A stretch of DNA of 61,268 nt from positions 1 through 61,268 of IMG/VR virus record IMGVR_UViG_3300024323_000002. One strand, given 5' to 3'. Positions 54,737 through 61,268 of this stretch are shown here, in pieces. Position numbers and translations under genes: made by a program. The stretch is from a virus. Lineage: Duplodnaviria; Caudoviricetes. The notes below the pieces were generated by a model, which saw only the letters and a program-made list of their open reading frames with translations, did not search any database and was not told the origin of the DNA. The first letter of the stretch is position 1. Each line of letters begins with the position of its first letter.

Positions 54737-57700
54737 TGGCACCTCCACTAAAGAAAACACCAGTCGGTGAGACGCAACCGAGCGATAACCCGTTCGACAA
54801 TGCTATAGCCGAGCATTTTCGCGACGCCGGTGTGCCCGACGACGAAGTCGACGCTGGCATGGACGCCTACAAGAAAGCTGGCGACGCTGGCGTAGAGTCA
54901 AAGCCGACTCCCAGCGTTGCGACGCCCGATTCTGAGGACCCCGTCATCAAGAAGACGCGCGCGCTGCTCGCCGGAGAAGTGCCCCCGGAGGTGCGCCCGC
55001 TCGACCCCGACAAGCCCAAAGAGGGCGGCTATGCCGACTGGCTGACGGGCGCGAAGCACACGCTCGGCGGCGGAACATATACGCTCGGACTCAACGACGC
55101 GATCACGAGCGGCATGAACACGACTGCGCATGCGTTGAGCAACGCACTCGGCGTCAAGATTCCATATGCCGATCACACGATCGACGGCAAAGAGCCGACA
55201 TACGCAGGCGCTACACCCTCGCACACAGTGCGTGAAAAGCCTGTAGAAGAGGCTCGCGAACGTCACCCTGAGCATACCGCTGCTGGCGAGGGTCAGGCGC
55301 TCATGGCTCTGACCTATGGGGCCGGCAAGTTCCTTCCAGCCGTGGCGAAGTACGTCGGAGCGCCTGCGACGAAAGGCCCGCGCTTTGTCGACGGCGTGAT
55401 CCCTCCCGAGCCGGGGAGGTATACACGGGCCTATCGCGGCGCAGTGAAAACCGGCAAGCAATATGTGGCTGATGCCGCGGAGGCGTTGCCTAAGACGACT
55501 GCGGCAGCCAAGGGTGTAGGTCGTTCTGCGGCGGGCCTCGGTGCTGCCGCTGTGGCTCGTGGCGGCCAGCTCGAGGGCGACCGTGCGAGTCAGGTCATTG
55601 ACGAGTTCAAAGAGCACCCCTATCAGACCGCACTGACTGCGGCTGCGCCCGTTGTGCTCGGCAGCGCCGCTGGCGCTGGGCTGAATGAGGCTGGCAAGTA
55701 TTTCAAAGACAAAGCGAACGTCAAGGTCGCTGCAGCGGTGGCAGACGGCCCACTCGTCAAGAAGCTCGAGAGGCAGGGCGGGTCAGAGGCCTACAAGAAG
55801 CTGGGCAAGCAGATTCGCGATATGGGCCTGCTTGAGACGAGCCTAGACTCTGACGATCATTCGTGGAAACGAACGACTGCGGCGCGTGTGTCGAACAATG
55901 TGCAGAGGCAGAAGGAAGCGCGAGGTGCAGAGGTAGCCCGTGCGTCAGATAAGCTTTTCAATAGCTCGACGGGTCGCAGGCGCAAACTGCCAGATGGCCG
56001 CATGGTGCCCGAGACTGTTGGCGACGTTGCGCTGCCGACTCAGAGCATCAGAAACCAGGTCGAGAAAGCAGCTCGTGGGCAAGAGTATGCGAATACGCCC
56101 GCGTCAGAAGTCAGAGAGATTCGCCGACACCTGAATCGACTCACGCCGCGCCAGCCGGAGGCGCAGACGGTCAACCGCGCGCCGCTACTGCCTAACAGTT
56201 TGCCTCTGGATCCTATGGATGCATCTGTGCGAGCAGGGGTCGTAGGACAGCCCCCGCCTCCTCCCCCGCCGCAAACGCGGCCCGCGATCAAGCTCGATTT
56301 GCCGAGCACCGGTGTTACGACTCCGCTGGGCGGACCCGCTCGCGGTAACGCGAAGTACCGCGGCAGCACATACAAAGGTCAGCCGCCCGCGGCGCCAGCA
56401 GCCGGAGCTTACCCCGAGCGCGAGCCGCCAGACGTCCTGCCGCCCGCTACAGAGCCCGAAACGCCAGCGGGGCACATGCCCCTTGGCGGTACGGGCGTCG
56501 GGTCACCTGGAGGCCCACAGCGCAACGCTCCGAAGCCTACAGAGCCCGTGCATGCGGGGCTCCGGCCCGAAGTAGCGCCGGCCGAAGTGCCAGGCGCTGT
56601 GGTGCCTCATGACGCCGCACTGCGTCAGTGGGAGCAGGAGCAGGAGCTCGGCCACTGGAACCTCGGCGAGCAACCACCTAAGCACCTCGGAACGCAGCCG
56701 CAGCCCTACGTCGCACCGGTCCCGCGGTTCAATCGGCAGACGCGTGCGCGCGAGCCGAGTTCAATTCCCAATGCTGCGGCGCCGCTTGCGCCAGGTGAGA
56801 GGCGAAGTCCGACTGCCAAGCCTGAGCCACGTCCAGCTGGCGCCAAGCCGACATACACGTCGAAGCTGAAGGCTGATCCGAGCAAGACCAAGAGCTCGGT
56901 GCGTAACTACGGCAAGCCAAAGAAGCCGGCGCCAGAGCCCAACCTCGAAGAAGAGATCAAAGACTTCCAGCTCGAGAAGCCGCAGCTGTTAGGCCCCGCG
57001 AACCCGCCGGAATGGCCACAGGTCGTGGAGCCTAACCAGATGAAGCTCGACAGGCCCAAGCTCGAGCTCGGCGGGCCAGCCTTTCAAGAGATGGCGCCCA
57101 CAGCGCCGCGGATCAACCTATCGCCACACGAGCAGCGCAACGAGGCAAAACCGCCGCGCTTGAATTTCGCGACGCCTCCACCGACTGTCGGCATTCCGCA
57201 GCCGATGCAACTAACGCCGCCCTTCCAAGCGCCGCTGGGAGTCGGACAAGCACAACCGCAGAATCGCAACGTGCCTTTCCAAGCGCCTAGCTTGCTGCGC
57301 CCGCCGACCCCCGAGGTCTTGCCCCATAACACTACGCCTGACCCGCAGCCACGACCGCGGATCAACCTCATGCCGACTGAGCAGCGCACCGGCCCTCGGC
57401 TCGACGTGTCGAGGCTGCAGCTCAAGCCGCCGCCGGGGTTCGCTTCAATGCAAGCGCCAATCGTGACACCTGGCGGCCCAGCGCCGCAGCTGAAGCTCAC
57501 GCAACCATCGCTGCGGGCGCCAGGCGTCGCTTTGAACCCAGCGCCGCAGCCTGCGCTTCGCACGAGCGCAAATCTCCCGGTTCAGGCGCCCACAGAGCTT
57601 CCGTTCAAGCCGGATCCATCGCTCTCGGGTGGCTACTCGTCGATGTACCAGCCGAAGAGCAACGCTCTTGTCCCGCCGCTCAGCTTGTTGCCTGAAAACA

Positions 57701-58293
57701 GGCAGCTGCCGAACTCGACAGGGGTGGCGCGCGCCCCGACAGCTTCGCCAGTGCCAGGCCCAGAGCATTTCACGCTGCGCCAGGGTAACAAAGTGCAGCA
57801 AAAGCTGATGGATGATCTCACAAGCCATGTGAAGCAACCTAACAAGCGAGTAAGGCCGGGCGAAGACGAAGGCAAGCGGCCGATCGCCTACGGATTGAAC
57901 AGAGAAAAGCTCAATCTGTTAGAGAGTATGAAAGGCGAAGGCCGGCTGATCCCGGAGATATATAAAGAATATCGAGACGCTAACCGCGCGCATTCGACTC
58001 TCAAGGATATCGAGAATAGTGCTGCTACCAAAGCAGGCTCAGAGCGTCGAGGTGGAAATAGTATGACGAACTCTGTCTTGCACCGCTTGTTCGGCGAACA
58101 GCGCTCTTTGCACAGGTACGGCAGCATTGCCGACTCGATTGGCAATGCGATCAAAAGCCCCGCGGGGGCCATGGGCATCAGCGCCGGTGTGTCAGGATAT
58201 AGAGGTTCGAAACAATCAGGCAGCGACTACCGCGATGCCAACGAACAGATGAAGAAAGAACTAGAAGAGGATTTGAATGGGACTAACAAATGA
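54736..58293 (+). CDS. Large putative internal virion protein with a long Pro-rich central insert
   Basis: 1185 aa; roughly aa 470-1010 Pro-rich and low-complexity. Confidence 0.65.
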   Translation: MAPPLKKTPVGETQPSDNPFDNAIAEHFRDAGVPDDEVDAGMDAYKKAGDAGVESKPTPSVATPDSEDPVIKKTRALLAGEVPPEVRPLDPDKPKEGGYADWLTGAKHTLGGGTYTLGLNDAITSGMNTTAHALSNALGVKIPYADHTIDGKEPTYAGATPSHTVREKPVEEARERHPEHTAAGEGQALMALTYGAGKFLPAVAKYVGAPATKGPRFVDGVIPPEPGRYTRAYRGAVKTGKQYVADAAEALPKTTAAAKGVGRSAAGLGAAAVARGGQLEGDRASQVIDEFKEHPYQTALTAAAPVVLGSAAGAGLNEAGKYFKDKANVKVAAAVADGPLVKKLERQGGSEAYKKLGKQIRDMGLLETSLDSDDHSWKRTTAARVSNNVQRQKEARGAEVARASDKLFNSSTGRRRKLPDGRMVPETVGDVALPTQSIRNQVEKAARGQEYANTPASEVREIRRHLNRLTPRQPEAQTVNRAPLLPNSLPLDPMDASVRAGVVGQPPPPPPPQTRPAIKLDLPSTGVTTPLGGPARGNAKYRGSTYKGQPPAAPAAGAYPEREPPDVLPPATEPETPAGHMPLGGTGVGSPGGPQRNAPKPTEPVHAGLRPEVAPAEVPGAVVPHDAALRQWEQEQELGHWNLGEQPPKHLGTQPQPYVAPVPRFNRQTRAREPSSIPNAAAPLAPGERRSPTAKPEPRPAGAKPTYTSKLKADPSKTKSSVRNYGKPKKPAPEPNLEEEIKDFQLEKPQLLGPANPPEWPQVVEPNQMKLDRPKLELGGPAFQEMAPTAPRINLSPHEQRNEAKPPRLNFATPPPTVGIPQPMQLTPPFQAPLGVGQAQPQNRNVPFQAPSLLRPPTPEVLPHNTTPDPQPRPRINLMPTEQRTGPRLDVSRLQLKPPPGFASMQAPIVTPGGPAPQLKLTQPSLRAPGVALNPAPQPALRTSANLPVQAPTELPFKPDPSLSGGYSSMYQPKSNALVPPLSLLPENRQLPNSTGVARAPTASPVPGPEHFTLRQGNKVQQKLMDDLTSHVKQPNKRVRPGEDEGKRPIAYGLNREKLNLLESMKGEGRLIPEIYKEYRDANRAHSTLKDIENSAATKAGSERRGGNSMTNSVLHRLFGEQRSLHRYGSIADSIGNAIKSPAGAMGISAGVSGYRGSKQSGSDYRDANEQMKKELEEDLNGTNK

Positions 58294-58906
58294 TCAGAGA
58301 TATTCAGCGCATCGCGGCGGCCTAGCTTCCGGCGCAGCGCTACGGGCATACAGCCAGCCAGCGGTGACGCCGCTGAATCAGAACACGCAGCTCAAGAGCA
58401 CGAGTCTGTTGCAGACGACTGCCTCGTTCTCACCGGGATCGGGTGTTGCTTACTTCGAGTACCTCGGCCAGGTGGCGCGCACGGCGACGTTCAACAAGGT
58501 GTACTTTGTGACGTCGGGCGCCGCGGCGGGCACTCTGGTGCAAGAACTCGGCGTTGCGACCACGCCCAACGCGCCTGACGGCACGCTGCAGACGCTCACG
58601 GTTCGTGCGCTCGATAGCACCGCTGGTGCATATACCGGTGCAACGGGTCGCTATTCGAACAGCGCTAACCTCGCGTACACGCCGCCAGTCGGCGAGCACA
58701 TCTGGGTATTCGCACGCTGGCAGCCGAGCGGCACGCAGGTGACCATCTCGACTGGCCTGGCACTCGACCTCGGGCAGTATTCAGTCTTCACCTTCTCGTC
58801 GGTCGGCACAGCGCTGACTCTCGGCCAGGCGATCACTGTTCCAGTCGCGGTCTCGGCCACATCGACGACTGGCATCGCGCCGGTGCTCATCTTGGCAACC
58901 GCATGA
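58277..58906 (+). CDS. Putative structural protein (Thr/Ala/Gly, beta-rich)
   Basis: ORF track; composition. Confidence 0.6.
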   Translation: MGLTNDQRYSAHRGGLASGAALRAYSQPAVTPLNQNTQLKSTSLLQTTASFSPGSGVAYFEYLGQVARTATFNKVYFVTSGAAAGTLVQELGVATTPNAPDGTLQTLTVRALDSTAGAYTGATGRYSNSANLAYTPPVGEHIWVFARWQPSGTQVTISTGLALDLGQYSVFTFSSVGTALTLGQAITVPVAVSATSTTGIAPVLILATA

Positions 58907-59130
58907 GTCTGCTAGACGATGGCAGCTTCGACCTGCTCCGAGCCGAGCACCTGGCTCGGTTGCAGGCGCAGCCGCGCACGGACCTATCGCCTGAAATACG
59001 CGAGAAGTACATGCGTATGCTCGCTGTAAAGTACAGCTCTGTTCTGGCTAGCTATGAAGCCAAGCGCGCTGCGGTCGAGGCTGAAGCTCTAGCGAACCCC
59101 AGCCCCGACCCAGCTCCTACTCCCCAATGA
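58903..59130 (+). CDS. Hypothetical protein
   Basis: ATGA-coupled. Confidence 0.55.
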   Translation: MSLLDDGSFDLLRAEHLARLQAQPRTDLSPEIREKYMRMLAVKYSSVLASYEAKRAAVEAEALANPSPDPAPTPQ

Positions 59131-59707
59131 TCTCGTCAAGCGCGCGCCGCAGCGCGTCTCGCTCAGTTCGCAGGGCGATTATCGTGCGGCGCAGCGCGTG
59201 GACGTCTTCGCTGGTTGGGACCGACTGAGCCTTGGAAGCCCGAGCGGCGAGCATTTGTTCTGCCGGAGACAGCGGCAGAGCAAGGTTCGTTTGCTCGGCC
59301 TCCGCTTTCTTGGGGATCCGATTCGGCGGTGTATTGATGTAGGGATTCAAGCCCGCCCTCCGAATGACGTCTCCCACCGCCCCCGCGCTCCTGATGTTGA
59401 GCTGCTTGCGGATTACGTTAGGCGTGAGTCCCTGCTCGAACATCGTCAGAATGAGCTTGTTACGAGCTTCTCGACTCAGTGACTCGCCCGGCTTCGGCCC
59501 CGGCTTTTGCTTACCGTCGCCAGGCGATGCTCGAGGTTCGTGCACACCCGCGTTCTTCGCCCAGACGTACACAGAGGCAGAGCTGCAGCTGAGCTCTTTG
59601 GCTATGTCTTCGGCCTTCTGCCCGGCCTTGAACATCTCGACAGCTTTGTTCCGAAGCTCTTCGCTGTATTTGAACAAGCCGACCGGGTTTGTGCCGTTCG
59701 CGTTCAC
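59117..59707 (-). CDS. Double helix-turn-helix DNA-binding protein
   Basis: KYSEELRNKAV..GQKAEDIAKELSCSSASVYVW; GLTPNVIRKQLNI..GAVGDVIRR; C-terminal coiled coil. Confidence 0.8.
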   Translation of the reverse strand: MNANGTNPVGLFKYSEELRNKAVEMFKAGQKAEDIAKELSCSSASVYVWAKNAGVHEPRASPGDGKQKPGPKPGESLSREARNKLILTMFEQGLTPNVIRKQLNIRSAGAVGDVIRRAGLNPYINTPPNRIPKKAEAEQTNLALPLSPAEQMLAARASKAQSVPTSEDVHALRRTIIALRTERDALRRALDEIIGE

Positions 59708-60003
59708 TTATTCTCGGGTCCAAGAGCGAAGAACTTGCGGATGGCATGCTGCGACTTCGGACGGCAGTTGCCAATGAACCCGGAGCAGACGCGTAGCAGG
59801 GTCAACTCGGAGATACCGATTGCTTTGGCTATGTCTTGCAAGCCGTCGTAGCTGATCAGCTGGCACAGCATCTCGACCTCCTTGTCGCCGATGGTCGTGC
59901 CCATGAACCGCTCGCGCTTCGCCACTGCCAAGGGGATCCGAAGTTTCTCGACAATTGGTTGTGGGCGCCGAATGACAGTTGCTGCCGCTGATGACTGAGC
60001 CAT
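59704..60003 (-). CDS. HTH (Cro/XRE-like) protein
   Basis: GLQDIAKAIGISELTLLRV. Confidence 0.6.
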   Translation of the reverse strand: MAQSSAAATVIRRPQPIVEKLRIPLAVAKRERFMGTTIGDKEVEMLCQLISYDGLQDIAKAIGISELTLLRVCSGFIGNCRPKSQHAIRKFFALGPENK

Positions 60004-60607
60004 GTATACTCTCCAGATGATAGATTCGCCGAATCGCGGCGGAGCGCTCGTCGCCCCGACGCTTATCTTGTTATGTAACACGGCGTCCCAGTCATTTGCG
60101 ACTGCCAAGGCCTGGTACTTGAACAGGAAGTCCAGCGCATCTGTTCACTACCTCATCGGCCGAGACGGTCAAGTGCTGGCTATCCTCCCGACTGACCGCG
60201 TGGCCTGGTGCGCTGGTCGATCCGAGTTCGGAGGTCGCACGGGCGTCAACGCGTTTTCCGTTTCAGTCGCCCTCGTCAATGTCGGTGCGGTCATGTCAGA
60301 TGGCACGGCGGTCTCCACCGGAGAGCGGCTGCCAGAACGTGACATCATCGCTGCGCGCCACCGACTCGGGCACTGCAGTTTCGGGTTTTGGCAGCGCTAT
60401 CCTGAGGAACAACTCTACGCTTGCGAGCGCCTGATTCAGCAGCTCAGCGTACAGATACCCACACTAAAGGAGGTAGTCGACTTGGCGATGGTGGCGGCAT
60501 TCCGAGGCATGCTCGACTGCGGCCCCGCCCTGCCCCTCGAGCGGCTTCAGTCAGCGCTGGTGCCGCCCATGGCTGCAGACTTGAGCGACTCTATGAGCTC
60601 GATGTAG
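60002..60607 (+). CDS. N-acetylmuramoyl-L-alanine amidase (Amidase_2) fold, apparently catalytically degenerate
   Basis: SPN, ASVHYLIGRDG, AW.AG.S, GR..VN.FS, WQRYPEEQ are conserved, but Zn and catalytic residues are substituted. Confidence 0.8.
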   Translation: MYTLQMIDSPNRGGALVAPTLILLCNTASQSFATAKAWYLNRKSSASVHYLIGRDGQVLAILPTDRVAWCAGRSEFGGRTGVNAFSVSVALVNVGAVMSDGTAVSTGERLPERDIIAARHRLGHCSFGFWQRYPEEQLYACERLIQQLSVQIPTLKEVVDLAMVAAFRGMLDCGPALPLERLQSALVPPMAADLSDSMSSM

Positions 60608-60867
60608 ATGAGTCGGACTCTTAGCGCGAACGCATCGAGGCTACTGCAGAGCGGACTGATAGCCAGGTGTGTGATCGCCATGCGGTCGTGAAACGGATCC
60701 CACACCTGCAGACAAAGCACTAACGCGGCGTTCGGCCCGAAGAGTGCCAGGATGCTGTGATCGTCTACCCACTCCGGCTCGAGAACCTTCAGCTGCGTCT
60801 GACCAGATTCGAGCAGCTCGACCTGGCCGAACTCATTCGCCAGTGCCCGCCAGTGGTAGCTCAGCAT
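60547..60867 (-). CDS. Hypothetical protein
   Basis: 3' part of ORF 60547..61185, from MLSYHW. Confidence 0.45.
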   Translation of the reverse strand: MLSYHWRALANEFGQVELLESGQTQLKVLEPEWVDDHSILALFGPNAALVLCLQVWDPFHDRMAITHLAISPLCSSLDAFALRVRLIYIELIESLKSAAMGGTSAD

Positions 60868-61141
60868 TGTCGTTGGCTGCCAGTCGAGCTTTGTACCAGT
60901 CAGGAAAGCCGCCGACCGCGCGGCGACGAATCGTTGGTAGAGCCCAGTCAAGAAGTCTCGCGGTGATGAGCTCGAGGCACTCGGCTTCGATGTCACCCTG
61001 CAGCTCCTTGATCGCCGGGCCGATATCCGCGACCGTCTCTGTGAGTTTGCCGGCGTCGCGCAGGTGCTGAACCGCCTTCTCCCAGCGAGCCGGTGTGGAG
61101 ACCAAACGGCCAAGCGCCTCACGTATGTCCGTAGGCGTCGG
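60833..61141 (-). CDS. RNA ligase C-terminal part (continuation of 612..1)
   Basis: ARWEKAVQHL.D.G.L...DIG..IKE...DI..E...GFPDWYK, in frame across the junction. Confidence 0.8.
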   Translation of the reverse strand, partial: PTPTDIREALGRLVSTPARWEKAVQHLRDAGKLTETVADIGPAIKELQGDIEAECLELITARLLDWALPTIRRRAVGGFPDWYKARLAANDNAELPLAGTGE

Positions 61142-61268
61142 GTTAGCGGCACGCCATTCGCCGCTGTTGAGCTCTTTGAAGCCATCGCGCACCAGTTTCG
61201 CCATCAGCGGTTTGTCATCGGCGCCGAATTGCCGATGGTTCTTCACGACGATGCCTTCGATCTCGACT
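61142..61268. repeat. Terminal direct repeat (assembly overlap), copy 2
   Basis: Identical to 1-127. Confidence 0.97.

Noticed and set aside
59117-59707. IS3-like transposase OrfA / insertion sequence
   Set aside because: HTH only, with no DDE domain, terminal inverted repeats or target duplication.
61142-61268. 127-bp terminal repeat as a biological DTR
   Set aside because: The length equals a common assembler k-mer and it falls inside the ligase gene, so it only shows circularity.
1-61268. Stop-codon reassignment
   Set aside because: Core genes are full length under the standard code and use TAA, TAG and TGA as stops.

Overview
The window is a complete, circularly closed bacteriophage genome of 61,141 bp: bases 1-127 are repeated exactly at 61142-61268, which is an assembly overlap. 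It is GC-rich and has a short-tailed (podovirus-like) virion module at ~35.4-59 kb: terminase, portal, scaffold, major capsid, adaptor, nozzle and ejection-type proteins, with no tape measure or sheath. A lytic replication block at ~0.6-13.8 kb encodes family A DNA polymerase, SNF2-type helicase, SSB-like protein, primase/VirE helicase, VRR-NUC, a PD-(D/E)XK nuclease, an adenine methylase, a dATP/dGTP diphosphohydrolase and a HAD nucleotidase, and ends in an iterated GGTGATCCA origin. A separate plasmid-type module at ~20.8-23.5 kb has ParA, a partner protein, a probable antisense-RNA leader, a Rep-like wHTH protein and a hairpin-rich putative oriV. With a resolvase-type serine recombinase and no recognisable integrase, this suggests a phage-plasmid. 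Three Uma2 endonuclease genes hint at a myxobacterial-type host (inference). The most notable items, several missed by the ORF track, are: an HNH endonuclease read in frame into an Rnl2-type RNA ligase across the contig junction; a tRNA-Ile with the rare UAU anticodon; a 15-bp palindrome CTAGA-N5-TCTAG at gene junctions and promoters across the genome; an rrn-style boxB-boxA leader feeding a hairpin-punctuated early operon of paralogous genes; and an amidase-fold protein that has lost most catalytic residues. All calls come from motif reading by eye; no database searches were run.
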